Virus record (IMG/VR): IMGVR_UViG_3300012942_000010
Span: 1-47,537 of that record
DNA: 47,537 nucleotides
Reading direction: 5' to 3' (one strand)
Source: a virus
Lineage: Duplodnaviria > Caudoviricetes
Shown: in pieces, positions 18,374 through 28,314 of the stretch
How positions within the stretch are numbered: position 1 is the first letter of the stretch
Layout of the letters: each line of letters begins with the position of its first letter
Program-made: the position numbers and the translations under genes
Notes under the pieces: generated by a model
Database searches by the model: none
Told to the model about the DNA's origin: nothing
The model's input: the letters and a program-made list of their open reading frames with translations, nothing else

Positions 18374-21300
18374 TTAGCGTCGTCCAATAAACGTCGCGGA
18401 CTGCGAACGCTGGGCTGCAAGCTGGGCATTGATTTGCTGGATAACAGTCCCTTGGATCTGTTTGACCAGCTGTTCGATAGCCCCATCACCCGAACTCGGT
18501 GCACCGATATCCCCAAGGAACTGGTTAAAGTTCGCCTGAGCGAAGTCGTTACCCATACCTTGCAGGCGGGTACCCACATCAGAAGCCGTAATCTGATTCT
18601 GTGTAGCGGATGGAGTCACCGTGTACGGAGAATCGGTTGCACCCGGATTAGGGTTGACCACGACGGTTTGCATCTGCACACCGGGTGCCGTGTTCAGGGA
18701 ACCGATAGCCTCGCCTAGTTTCCCTTGGCCTAGAAGCTGCACGAACTTCGTAAACAGTTTCCACTGATCATTAGTCAAAACAGCTTCAGGCTTACCCGAC
18801 TGGTTGATGCCGATCGAGTTGTTCGGGAAGATACCGCCCGAGTCATACCAGTTATGAGCCATCCAAAACTGTTGTGCCTTGATCGGATCGCCGTACCTGT
18901 CACGGATATATCGAGCCATCGCGTCACCCTGTACACCCGGATTCGTATTGGAATCCGGTAGGTACTGGTCCTTGGTGCTACCCAAGAACTGAGCTAGACC
19001 GAACGCACCTGAGCTCGGGTTAACCGCTGTCGGATTCCATCCGGACTCGCGTCCGATAATCCAGCTAGCAGCGGCGAACTCCGCACCGTCACCCCAGCCG
19101 TAGCGCGCAAACGCTTGCTGCACCTGGTCACGCACCGGGCCCTCGCCCGGTTGACCCGCGCTCTGATCTTCGGTAGTCGACTTACCCCGGATGAAATCTA
19201 GGGTTGAATCTGCCACCTTGTGATACAGAGCTTTAGGCATTTGACCGTACGGGCCAGGGAAGGCAGGAATAATCGCTTCGAGTGCCTTTACAGGAATCTC
19301 GAAAAGATTAGCGATCTTATCCCGGATGAACGACATGATGCCGCCCCCACCGGGACCGGCCGACTCGAACTTTCCATCCATGATGGGGAGGTGGTACCGA
19401 GTGGGGAACTCGGAGTTATCCGCACCTGCGGCAGCACCGCCGTACGCCACGTTGCCGTGGCTACCGCCCGATTCAACATTGATGGCGGGGTACTTACCCG
19501 CAGCGCTTAGCGTTCCGGCTGTATGGCCGTTAGCACCGCCCGAATCAGCTCCACCGATAACACCGATAGAGAATCCCTGCCCGAGTCCACCTACCCAGCG
19601 TTGCCCACCGGCGTTAACGTCGGAGCCCTGAGACTTCGGGAATGCGGTTGTAGCCCACCAGCGACCGTGACCGGTACCGCCCAAGACCACATCCGCAATA
19701 GCGGACATGAACCCTGAACAGTCCGTAGGTCCGGGAGCTTCTCCACCCATGAGATACGCGCGACCGTCCATAGAACGGGCGAACTCATGCGCCGATATAA
19801 GCTGTGCGGTTACCTCACCACCAGCGGCGAACTTAGGCACCAACGAAGCAAGTCCGTCAGCAGTTCCACCACCGTTGATTCGGTTCAGGTTGTCGATACC
19901 GATACGCGCTGTGGTAGCCGCGTTAAGAACGAACTCACCGTTCGACAACATCGCAGGAATCTTGTCGTCCTTCGGACCACCGGCACCTGAGACGTAACCA
20001 CCAGTAGCGAGCTTGATAGGCTCGATACCCTGAATCTCGGGTAGGTGCAGGAATCCGGCAACCTTGTTCCATGCTGCGAAGATTCCGTTATTAAGGATCT
20101 TGTCAATCACGAAGTTAATCGGATCGGCCATGACCTTTTTAATGCCATCCCACACCTTGCCGATGTAGCTAACTGCGGTGTTGAAGGCATCCTTAACGAG
20201 ACCTAGCGCGGACTTGATTCCGTCAAAGACTGGCGTAATAACCTTGTCGTAGACGAACTTAAGTCCAGTGCCTAGCGCGTTCCACGCAGGCGAAATAACC
20301 TTGTCCCAAATGTAGGTAAAGAACGAACCGATACCATCTAGGGCTGTGTGTAGCGCGTCCCATGTCGGCTTGATAACCGAGTTGTATACCCCGGAAATTA
20401 CCGCGCCAATTCCATCCCAAGCGGGCTTCAGAGCGTTGTTCCACAGCCACATAGCGGCTGCGCCGAAAGCATCGAAGATCGGCTTAATCAACGAGTTGTA
20501 GACCGACTTGATTGCTCCACCGAACAGGTTCCACGCAATCAATGCCGGTGCGATAAGCACCGTCAGCAAGATTCCCGCAGCAATGCGGATAGCCTCACCG
20601 AACCCGTTAAATACGGGCTTCAGTACCGAGTTCCACACTGTGCTGAAAATCGAGCCGATAGCGTTCCACGCGGGAACGATTACGTCTCGCCACAGCCACA
20701 AAAAGAAATTGCCGATCGTTGGGAGAAGCTGACCAATGAAGTTCAATGCCGGAATCAGAACCGGCAATAGAACGTTAGTCACCAGCCACGCGAAAGCGTT
20801 AGCTAGACCGGTCACCAGCGGAGCTAGCGCCACAATAATGCTCACCAACGGTGGCAGTAGTTCGAGCGCGATTTGTAGAAGCGCAGGAATCAGAGGCAGT
20901 AGTGACGTAAGGATGTTCTCGAACGCGGATACGATCGTTGGCAGGATCGGTGCAAGCTGGGTAATCGCCGAGACGAGAGCCTGACCGATAGTGTTAGCTA
21001 CCTGAGCTAGTACAGGTGCAATCGACTGGAATACCGGCATAAGCGATGCCGACAATTGCGAGATAACCGGCCCTAGCGCGTTGGTCAACGCGGTAAGTCC
21101 GGGTGCGAGTGCCTGAACCAGCATGTTCGCCACCTGAGCGAACAACGGCACAATCGGCTGTAGTCCCGAGATAATCGAGGTGAACAACGCAGCGATCGGT
21201 GGCAGAGCCGGGGCCAGCGCGTTCACAGCCTGAACCAGCGCGTTACCAACAATCTGTGTCACCTGGGACAGTGGCCCGATAATCGGTGTAATCGCTGTAC

Positions 21301-22999
21301 CTAGCGCATTCAACAACTGAGCGACTACCGGTAGCACCGGCTGTAGTCCGGTAGCTAGCGAGGAAATCAGTGTCGAAAGAGTCGGTAGAATACTTGCTAG
21401 CGCCTGGCCGAATACGCTTCCCAACTGTCCGAGCGGACCTGAGATAGCGACCAGAGCCGGACCTAGTGCATTGAATAGTGCTTCAATGCCGGGTGCGGCT
21501 GCGTTACCCATCGTGACTAGTGCATTGACCAGACCCGAAAGGGTCGGCCCTAGCGAAGTCACGATTCCAGCGAAGTTCTGGAACAGGGTTGTGAGCGCAC
21601 CTGAATTAGCTAGCTGAGTCAGTGTGCTACCCAGCGAACCGAACATGGTCCCGATAGCATTTCCGATACCGAGCATGGCTGGCTGTGCAGCCTTCGTCAT
21701 ATCCATGAGACCCTGAGTAAGAGTCCGGATACCCGACACCGAGCCGTTGATTACGTCACGGGTTCCCGCGAATGCAGAACGAATAGCATCCTGGCTGGAA
21801 GCCTGCGACATAAACGATGCGAACCCGCGTGCGGCATTGTTCACTGCACCCGCTACGCCTGTCATGCCGTCTCGGAGAGCGGGGATAGACGTATTCGCTA
21901 GGTTTGTGAAATCAGCACCTAGATTGGCGAACAACGCATCCTGTACAGGCTTGCCGAGTCCGCTCGACAACGCAGGACCTAGCGCTACCATTTGTTTCAC
22001 AAATGCCTGAGCGTTTGGTGAAAGCTTCTGTAGGGCCTGGTCGTACTTCTTGGCTGCGTCGCTCTGCTGATTCTGAGCATCGGCGAGAGCTTGGTTAGCT
22101 TCGGCGAGCTTGTGGTTAGAGTCCGCTAGGTTTTCCTGCGCGGTCTGGATACTCTCGTTCGCCTTGGCAACTTTGTCCTTGGCGGTTACAACCTTGTCGG
22201 AGCCTTCAACACCCTTAGCGTTAGCTTCGTTAGCGTCTTGCTGGGTGCGGGCGTTCTTTTGCAGGACGTCTTGCTGGTCGGCCAGGGCCTCGTTTAGTCG
22301 GTGCTGTGCATCCGCAATTTCGAGTGGATCGGTAGACGTAGCGCGAGCCTTGTTTAGGTCTCGTTGCGCTTCGGCAACCGCTAGGGCGGCCCCCTCTTCG
22401 TCCAGCTTCCCTTTTTGTAGCTCGCGGTTTAGGTCTTGTAGGTCCCGAGTAGCTTCCTTACGGGCCTGCGTAAGATCCTGTTCGGCAGTCTGAGAGGCTT
22501 TCTTCGCGTCGCGTAGGTTGCGTTCGGCCGACTGCTGAGAGCGCAGAGCTGAAGTAACTCCGTCCTGCGCAGACTGGACTGCCTTAGCCTTCGCTATAGC
22601 GTCGTCACTGAACGAGTCCTGAGCTGCACCCGCAGCCTTGAACGCATCCGCAATACCGTGGATACCTACAGCGACCGTAGCAACGCCTAGACCTGCCGCT
22701 CCACCAAGAGCGGCAAGACCCGCCCCCAGTGCACCTACCGCCCCCGCCGCTAGTCCGGCTGCACCGCCTACCGCTGCAACACCAGCGCCAACCGCTGAGA
22801 TTCCCCCAGCCGTTTTACCTAGGTCGGTAATAGCTTTCTTGGTAGCTGTCAGACCTTTGTTGTCAACATTGGTCTTTACGTTGATAGGGTTACGGTCCGC
22901 ATCACTCTGGATATCTTCCAGGGCTGCTTTAATAGCAGCCTTAAGCTTAGCGGTAGACGGAAGGATAGAGACATACGCTGTTGCGATCTCGATAGCCAC
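18374..22999 (-). CDS. Tape measure protein with C-terminal peptidase-like and lytic transglycosylase domains
   Basis: 1541 aa; IATAYVSILP start; amphipathic repeats; DCSG...GHTA; RESGWNPTAVNPSSGAFGLAQF. Confidence 0.95.
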   Translation of the reverse strand: MAIEIATAYVSILPSTAKLKAAIKAALEDIQSDADRNPINVKTNVDNKGLTATKKAITDLGKTAGGISAVGAGVAAVGGAAGLAAGAVGALGAGLAALGGAAGLGVATVAVGIHGIADAFKAAGAAQDSFSDDAIAKAKAVQSAQDGVTSALRSQQSAERNLRDAKKASQTAEQDLTQARKEATRDLQDLNRELQKGKLDEEGAALAVAEAQRDLNKARATSTDPLEIADAQHRLNEALADQQDVLQKNARTQQDANEANAKGVEGSDKVVTAKDKVAKANESIQTAQENLADSNHKLAEANQALADAQNQQSDAAKKYDQALQKLSPNAQAFVKQMVALGPALSSGLGKPVQDALFANLGADFTNLANTSIPALRDGMTGVAGAVNNAARGFASFMSQASSQDAIRSAFAGTRDVINGSVSGIRTLTQGLMDMTKAAQPAMLGIGNAIGTMFGSLGSTLTQLANSGALTTLFQNFAGIVTSLGPTLSGLVNALVTMGNAAAPGIEALFNALGPALVAISGPLGQLGSVFGQALASILPTLSTLISSLATGLQPVLPVVAQLLNALGTAITPIIGPLSQVTQIVGNALVQAVNALAPALPPIAALFTSIISGLQPIVPLFAQVANMLVQALAPGLTALTNALGPVISQLSASLMPVFQSIAPVLAQVANTIGQALVSAITQLAPILPTIVSAFENILTSLLPLIPALLQIALELLPPLVSIIVALAPLVTGLANAFAWLVTNVLLPVLIPALNFIGQLLPTIGNFFLWLWRDVIVPAWNAIGSIFSTVWNSVLKPVFNGFGEAIRIAAGILLTVLIAPALIAWNLFGGAIKSVYNSLIKPIFDAFGAAAMWLWNNALKPAWDGIGAVISGVYNSVIKPTWDALHTALDGIGSFFTYIWDKVISPAWNALGTGLKFVYDKVITPVFDGIKSALGLVKDAFNTAVSYIGKVWDGIKKVMADPINFVIDKILNNGIFAAWNKVAGFLHLPEIQGIEPIKLATGGYVSGAGGPKDDKIPAMLSNGEFVLNAATTARIGIDNLNRINGGGTADGLASLVPKFAAGGEVTAQLISAHEFARSMDGRAYLMGGEAPGPTDCSGFMSAIADVVLGGTGHGRWWATTAFPKSQGSDVNAGGQRWVGGLGQGFSIGVIGGADSGGANGHTAGTLSAAGKYPAINVESGGSHGNVAYGGAAAGADNSEFPTRYHLPIMDGKFESAGPGGGGIMSFIRDKIANLFEIPVKALEAIIPAFPGPYGQMPKALYHKVADSTLDFIRGKSTTEDQSAGQPGEGPVRDQVQQAFARYGWGDGAEFAAASWIIGRESGWNPTAVNPSSGAFGLAQFLGSTKDQYLPDSNTNPGVQGDAMARYIRDRYGDPIKAQQFWMAHNWYDSGGIFPNNSIGINQSGKPEAVLTNDQWKLFTKFVQLLGQGKLGEAIGSLNTAPGVQMQTVVVNPNPGATDSPYTVTPSATQNQITASDVGTRLQGMGNDFAQANFNQFLGDIGAPSSGDGAIEQLVKQIQGTVIQQINAQLAAQRSQSATFIGRR

Positions 23000-23010
23000 G
23001 TATTCTCCAA

Positions 23011-23418
23011 TTAATTATCGGACGGGTTTTCCCATCCAAGCCACGCAAGCATGTCGTCTTGTGGCATAACGTCGTATTTGTAAACTTCACCCTGGGGCTC
23101 GACAATGCCGGGGCGTTTAATCCGGTCGGGCATTCCTTCGGGCGGCTTTTTCTGAGCACCCTTGGTCTTCGCCCAACAAAGCCAGTGCAACGAATCTGCT
23201 ATGTCAGCGAGAAGCTGATTTGTGTTAGTCCACGTATATGCATCCGGGCTAATTTCCCGGATGATTGGCGAGTCAGGTGCCGCTTGTGTAATGATGACTT
23301 TTAGATCCGACCAGGTGAGCCGTTCAGTACCGAGATACCGCAACCGCTCACCAATGGTCATAAGCTCCCGTTCTACGGCGTCCGGGTGCTCATCTATAAA
23401 CTCTAGAAGCCCAATCAT
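23011..23418 (-). CDS. Tail assembly chaperone, -1 frameshift extension
   Basis: Slippery GGGGGAA (23424-23418) at the end of the upstream ORF leads into this frame. Confidence 0.85.
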   Translation of the reverse strand: MIGLLEFIDEHPDAVERELMTIGERLRYLGTERLTWSDLKVIITQAAPDSPIIREISPDAYTWTNTNQLLADIADSLHWLCWAKTKGAQKKPPEGMPDRIKRPGIVEPQGEVYKYDVMPQDDMLAWLGWENPSDN

Positions 23419-23690
23419 TCCCCCACGTCAACGCCCGCGTGACGGAACCACTCTTTCTGGAAGTCCTCGAACTCGTCATGGTCCATGTCATCGATTTTGA
23501 CGATGGTGTCCTCATCAGCGAGAGTTTCGAGCACAGTGAAAAACTGGTCGACGTCCGAAAGCTTACGGATCTTACGAATCAGACCCGGCTTAACCGAGTT
23601 GAACGGTGGAAGAGTGATTGTCGAGCCATCTTCCAGGGTGTACGTAAAATCGGTAGACGGGGTAGTGGTAGAGACCTTACGAGGGGGCAT
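23415..23690 (-). CDS. Tail assembly chaperone
   Basis: Between major tail and TMP; ends GTG GGG GAA TGA. Confidence 0.88.
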   Translation of the reverse strand: MPPRKVSTTTPSTDFTYTLEDGSTITLPPFNSVKPGLIRKIRKLSDVDQFFTVLETLADEDTIVKIDDMDHDEFEDFQKEWFRHAGVDVGE

Positions 23691-23721
23691 AGCGGGATTC
23701 CTTTCGATTGGGATTCCTGGT

Positions 23722-23759
23722 AAAACCGGCTGAGGGCGAATCCCTTTCCCTCAGCCGGG
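23722..23759 (-). terminator. Terminator/attenuator after the major tail gene
   Basis: CCGGCTGAGGG...CCCTCAGCCGG-TTTT. Confidence 0.65.
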
Positions 23760-23770
23760 GCTTTAGAGAA

Positions 23771-24352
23771 TCAGGCGCTGAAAACGCCATCGTCGTAGTA
23801 GCGGTACACCTTGTTACCGGCGTCGTCCTTGAACGCAGTCACAGTGATATCGAAGCCCTGTAGGGCACCGGCCACGTAATCGTGTTCCTTGACCTCGGAA
23901 ACCTTGGCGTTCGGCAGAACTAGGCGAGTGGTCTTAACGCCGTTCTTCATATCGAAAACGAACGAGCGGTAATCCAGCTCAGCACCGTTCTCTGTAACGG
24001 TGATCAGGGTTCCTGTGGTAGCTGTAGCCGGGGTGACAGTCACCAGGGAGTCACCAAACACGAGCTTCTGAACGTCACCGTCGTACACCTGGTAAAGAGT
24101 GAAGGTAAACGCCGAGTTGTGCTCAGTCTGAAGCTCAGCGATGATGTCACCGGTCCAGTCCTTAATAGCCTCCACCTTGCGGTCACCGGCAGCTTTCAAG
24201 CCATCCTCAGACACAAGGCCAAGCTTGACGAAGCTAACGCCAACCGCAGTAGTGGAATCGGTGGGCATAGTCGCGGTAGTGGTGCCCATGTAGACACCAC
24301 CCGCAGCATTAGGCTTACCAGCGGATAGCTTCGCGACAGAGTTAGCGGACAT
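23771..24352 (-). CDS. Major tail protein
   Basis: LGLVSEDGL and IKDWTGD motifs; position. Confidence 0.9.
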   Translation of the reverse strand: MSANSVAKLSAGKPNAAGGVYMGTTTATMPTDSTTAVGVSFVKLGLVSEDGLKAAGDRKVEAIKDWTGDIIAELQTEHNSAFTFTLYQVYDGDVQKLVFGDSLVTVTPATATTGTLITVTENGAELDYRSFVFDMKNGVKTTRLVLPNAKVSEVKEHDYVAGALQGFDITVTAFKDDAGNKVYRYYDDGVFSA

Positions 24353-24377
24353 AGAAATGTCTCCTAGAGAAAAATGT

Positions 24378-24743
24378 TTACAGCGGCTCTGCCGCTAGAA
24401 AGAGCCCCGCCTGAAATTGATATCGGGGCAAATTAGTTTCAGAATCCGGGTTGTTCACCAACCGGGATCCTTCGTACCCGTATTCGTCCATTGAGTAGAC
24501 AAATGCACGCACCCTCGCGCCGAGTTCTTGCGCGGACACTTCGTCTGTAGACCAGCACTCGAAGAGGACAACCGGGGCATCAATGCCGACGTTGCGTCTA
24601 ATGCCGCCTATACACGTCACTAGGACGAGTTTGTCCGGACGTGGGTTAGGGACCTTGGTAGACGCTTTGCAGTCCGTCAGGAAGCCATTCAGAGCCGTTA
24701 CACACAAAGCCTCTACATCTGGGAAGGTGATAAGCTCAGTCAC
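24378..24743 (-). CDS. Tail terminator
   Basis: FPDVE, VPNPRP and PRYQF; position. Confidence 0.8.
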   Translation of the reverse strand: MTELITFPDVEALCVTALNGFLTDCKASTKVPNPRPDKLVLVTCIGGIRRNVGIDAPVVLFECWSTDEVSAQELGARVRAFVYSMDEYGYEGSRLVNNPDSETNLPRYQFQAGLFLAAEPL

Positions 24744-25012
24744 GAGATAGCCTTCTCCGCCGTTATCTTTTCCAAGGTGTGATGCTTCTGGTTCGAGGCA
24801 ATCGAGTGGCCGTCAGAGGTAACCACTGCCGCACGGGACCGGGATTTACCGTGACCGGTTACAGCGATATACCCCTTGGCGTTGTGAGCTGCGTTGGCTT
24901 CGGCTGCAATCTCTATCGCGTGAGCTTCTAGGATTGCCTCTACCTGGGGTAGTCTCCGGAGTTCTTCGAACGCGTCGTTGTGCCACTGGATTTTTACTTT
25001 CGAGGCAGCCAC
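24740..25012 (-). CDS. Neck protein (HK97 gp10-like)
   Basis: Position; RSRAAVVT and NQKHHTLEK. Confidence 0.7.
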   Translation of the reverse strand: MAASKVKIQWHNDAFEELRRLPQVEAILEAHAIEIAAEANAAHNAKGYIAVTGHGKSRSRAAVVTSDGHSIASNQKHHTLEKITAEKAIS

Positions 25013-25350
25013 TAGCCCTCCACCCTGATTAGGTTGACGACTAGGCCCGGATTGAATCCGAACGGTCCGTGTGTGTAATCCTCGGGATAGCCGATAGCCT
25101 CGAACTTCCAGTTATCCGGAAGAATGATTCGATCACGGGGACCTACCACGAACCCGGGAGGCACGTACATTTCTACGTCTACTAGCGTCCGTTCTTGACC
25201 GGCGTACTTCGGCTGTATCGAGTTGGGGACCGCCCATCCGTATACCGGCTGAGGGATCGGTGTAGCCCAAGACTCGACAGGGTTACCGTGTGTGTCAGTG
25301 CCAGACTTGTTGAATGCCGATGTCTGCACCGTGTAGGGAGTGGGATACAT
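25012..25350 (-). CDS. Head-to-tail stopper
   Basis: DTHGNP...VNLIRVEG; position. Confidence 0.8.
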   Translation of the reverse strand: MYPTPYTVQTSAFNKSGTDTHGNPVESWATPIPQPVYGWAVPNSIQPKYAGQERTLVDVEMYVPPGFVVGPRDRIILPDNWKFEAIGYPEDYTHGPFGFNPGLVVNLIRVEG

Positions 25351-25773
25351 TTAACCTACCCACGGCCATATACCGGTGCCGTCCCATTCGGTAGCTGGGT
25401 TAGCTTCCGGATAGGTGTCTACCGTGAAAGCCTGCCGGTTAGTGGAGCCATCGCACAGGTTTTGCAGATCAGTAATCTCGGAAGGCCAGAACTTACCGCG
25501 CTGAATTCTCGAAGTATCGTTCGGCTGAACCTGTGTGTACGGACCTGCAACTAGAGTGCTGTTAGCACCCGAACCAGCGTCATTCCATCGGAGTATGGCC
25601 GCACGGATAATAGCTTTAGCGGCAGGCTCGTTTGTAAAACCAGCCTCGAACACACACGGTGCGAATGCCTGAGCCATAGCCAAGGCATCCGCAATCATGA
25701 TCTCAGCCTTAGCAGCGTCAATACTCGGTGCGAAAGGGCGTAGATCGGTGTCGACATCAAAAGTGATAGCCAT
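25351..25773 (-). CDS. Head-to-tail adaptor
   Basis: APC...AKAIIRAAILRWND...AGPY. Confidence 0.8.
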   Translation of the reverse strand: MAITFDVDTDLRPFAPSIDAAKAEIMIADALAMAQAFAPCVFEAGFTNEPAAKAIIRAAILRWNDAGSGANSTLVAGPYTQVQPNDTSRIQRGKFWPSEITDLQNLCDGSTNRQAFTVDTYPEANPATEWDGTGIWPWVG

Positions 25774-25786
25774 TACGCCCTACTGA

Positions 25787-25951
25787 TTAGTTTGTCTTCG
25801 GGGGACGGCCACGCCGCTTAGGGGCCGGGGATTCGGCAACCTCCGGAGCGGGTTTATCCGCGTCGACCCAACCGCGAGCCTGGTAGCTCGCGATTTGGTC
25901 TGCATCTCCTAAGCCAACGACCGTGCCCGCTTTAGGGTCACGTAGTCGCAT
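25787..25951 (-). CDS. Small capsid-adjacent protein
   Basis: MRLRDPKAGTVV...KRRGRPPK directly after the MCP. Confidence 0.65.
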   Translation of the reverse strand: MRLRDPKAGTVVGLGDADQIASYQARGWVDADKPAPEVAESPAPKRRGRPPKTN

Positions 25952-25955
25952 CGGA

Positions 25956-26924
25956 TTATGTGTTGTCCGTGAAGGTGACGAACGAATCAATGTCGTTGAT
26001 CAGGATTCCGAACTCCGTCTCAGCGCGGACAGCAACAAGGTTGTGCTCCCACAGAGAAGTCAAAGTTCCGTTCAGAGTCACGGAGGTCTCGGTGCTCACG
26101 TCGAAAGTGATTCCACCGATCTGGCCCCACACAATCTGTGACCAGTCACCACCGTAACCAACGATTCCGCCGGTGTTCGGAGTACCGGTCACAACCGCAG
26201 TAGCGACGTTGTCTCCCAGAAGCGCGGGGCGACCGATGATTGCACCTGGGGTGACAGTCTGGCCCGCCTCGTAGGTCGCATTGCTGAACAGCGGACGGCC
26301 CACGGTGTCAACCGCACCAAGGAACGTAGGCTCAATGCTCTTGTCAAACACAAACCCGTTCAGCTTGCGGTAATAACCAAGAGAGTTCTTCGAGGTAACA
26401 ATGGTCTTCAGACCGGCGACAATATCGCCGTAGGTGCCACCGTCAGCCTTGGCAGTAGTACCCAGCTCGACAGTCTTGGTGGTCTGGTCAATGTAAGCAC
26501 CGAACGGGGTGCTAGTACCGTGCAAAACCGCGTTGTCGAAAGCAACCGCGAAAGCCTCGGCAATATCAGCCTGAAGAACATCCATGTAGTTGCCCGGGTT
26601 CGCGCGCACAACCTCAGCGGAGACTACCGAGATAGCGGCAATCTTGTGGGGCTTGAACGACTTCAGACCAAGGTCAGAGCTAGTAGTAGGCTTCTGACCA
26701 GCCTCAGCCACCCATGAAGCTGTCGCCTTACCGGTCTGCACAACGATTTCGTTACCCGCGAGCCCCAGCGGAACCTTACGCGCAAGCTGCATAACGACCG
26801 AAGACTTGCGCGCTAGATCGAAGTAATTAGCAACCCGATCAGGCCGTGTAATCTTGCTGAGGTCCGTAGCAGGGCTAGCGTTGGACGGGTTGTTTACTGT
26901 AGTAGGTAGTGCCTGGTTAGACAT
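25956..26924 (-). CDS. Major capsid protein (HK97 fold)
   Basis: ASWVAEAGQKP, HKIAAISVVS and SLWEHNLVAVRAE. Confidence 0.93.
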   Translation of the reverse strand: MSNQALPTTVNNPSNASPATDLSKITRPDRVANYFDLARKSSVVMQLARKVPLGLAGNEIVVQTGKATASWVAEAGQKPTTSSDLGLKSFKPHKIAAISVVSAEVVRANPGNYMDVLQADIAEAFAVAFDNAVLHGTSTPFGAYIDQTTKTVELGTTAKADGGTYGDIVAGLKTIVTSKNSLGYYRKLNGFVFDKSIEPTFLGAVDTVGRPLFSNATYEAGQTVTPGAIIGRPALLGDNVATAVVTGTPNTGGIVGYGGDWSQIVWGQIGGITFDVSTETSVTLNGTLTSLWEHNLVAVRAETEFGILINDIDSFVTFTDNT

Positions 26925-26932
26925 CTAATTCC

Positions 26933-27430
26933 TTAGTTGATATTTAGCTTCTGGCGAAGCATTTCTTCAAGCCCATCCCCGTTAAGTGCGTGGGGGGCAT
27001 TTCGTCCCTGAGTCGGGTTAGGCATAGGGGCACGAGCCTTTGTCTGTGCACCCGCGAATTCGATTAGCGCGTCTGCGCTGGCCTCCAACTCCGCTTTAGT
27101 GGAGCCGGAAAGCAAATTGGCGGGAACCGACTTATCGCTAGCCACCTCGAAACGAAGCTGATTGAACTTCAAAGCCTGAGATTCCTTCTCAGCTTTTTCC
27201 GCTCGCTTAATCGCTTTGTCTAGGTCGCTTAGCCGCGCCTGTTCTGCCTCATCAAAGGCACTCGCCTTTGTTTTCAGATCTTCATAGTCTGCATACTGGG
27301 ACTTGACCCGTGCGACACGCTCACCGATGATTCGGTTCAAATCATCCTGAGAAGTGATGGGGGTAAAGTTGTTTTCTCCACCGTCTCCGCTCGGAGTATT
27401 TCCAGCGTCGGGGGTGACGGGTGCAGTCAT
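26933..27430 (-). CDS. Scaffolding protein
   Basis: SQDDLNRIIGERVAR...YADYEDLK; AAAGGA RBS before ATG 27430. Confidence 0.88.
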   Translation of the reverse strand: MTAPVTPDAGNTPSGDGGENNFTPITSQDDLNRIIGERVARVKSQYADYEDLKTKASAFDEAEQARLSDLDKAIKRAEKAEKESQALKFNQLRFEVASDKSVPANLLSGSTKAELEASADALIEFAGAQTKARAPMPNPTQGRNAPHALNGDGLEEMLRQKLNIN

Positions 27431-27508
27431 ATGAATATCCTTTTTCCGTAAACTCGTCAGTTTGGGCGAATGCCCGGACCACGCATTAACCGCCGCGTGT
27501 AGGCGTTG

Positions 27509-27579
27509 CTCCCCGGGCTGGAATCGAACCAACTAGGGCCACATTTCGTAGTGGCGCTCATCCATTGAGCTTCCGGGGA
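27509..27579 (-). tRNA. Atypical tRNA (Arg-ACG-like) with an 8-nt anticodon loop
   Basis: TCCCCGG/CCGGGGA acceptor, GCTC-AATGGAT-GAGC, GCCAC-TACGAAAT-GTGGC, GTTGG-TTCGATT-CCAGC. Confidence 0.7.
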
Positions 27580-27585
27580 AGTTTG

Positions 27586-28314
27586 TTACTGAGAATCCAT
27601 GGCGCGATACGCAGCCATGATGTTGTCCACCGTGCGGGTAAGCCCCGCTTCGTCTACTGCGGCCGCAACCTTTTCGTAGTCTTGCTCGTAAGCCTCGACA
27701 TACTTAGGCGGGTGGTAAGAACCACCGGGGCGAACCATTACAGCCTCACAACGGCAATGGTCGTGGTAGCTGTCGTCGGTGTGCTTAGGTGGTGCTAGGG
27801 TCCCTCGATTACGTCTAGGTCCCGTACCGTGGTACAGAGCCTGTTTATCGGACGCATACACAGCACCGCGTGTAGCCAGCATTTGACAAAACCTGCAAGC
27901 TCCCGGTTCAGCATGCCTAGCCCACTTAGCCCCCGGCTCGTTGTCCGCATTCAGCACAATCGTTCTACGAGCCGAATCATGGAACATCCGGGTAGCCGAA
28001 CCGTCTAGGTTCACTTCGCTTTGTGGTGTGGACAAAGCCCATCTGAGCGAAGCCTGAAGCTGAGCCACCGGAGCTAGGTCGGCTGTAGTGGCAACGAACG
28101 ACTTATTAGGAGATGGCGCTTCGTCGTACCACGTAGCCGCTAGCTCAGCGGCAAGCTGTAGGTGCGGAGTGATGATGTCCGGATACGCTTGTTCCGCGTA
28201 CACCGCAAACTCGGGAGCCGATAAAACCTGGGCTTGTGCCCATAGCTTCCCGAGCTTGGTTCTGTACTGAGGTTCATACGAAATCAGTAGGTCGCGGAAC
28301 TCTTCCGGAGTCAC
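27586..28314 (-). CDS. MuF-like minor capsid/capsid maturation protein
   Basis: ACRFCQMLATRGAVY...YHDHCRC; follows the portal. Confidence 0.82.
   Translation of the reverse strand: MTPEEFRDLLISYEPQYRTKLGKLWAQAQVLSAPEFAVYAEQAYPDIITPHLQLAAELAATWYDEAPSPNKSFVATTADLAPVAQLQASLRWALSTPQSEVNLDGSATRMFHDSARRTIVLNADNEPGAKWARHAEPGACRFCQMLATRGAVYASDKQALYHGTGPRRNRGTLAPPKHTDDSYHDHCRCEAVMVRPGGSYHPPKYVEAYEQDYEKVAAAVDEAGLTRTVDNIMAAYRAMDSQ

Noticed and set aside
23418-23424. Tail chaperone -1 frameshift as a novelty
   Set aside because: Standard feature of long-tailed phages.
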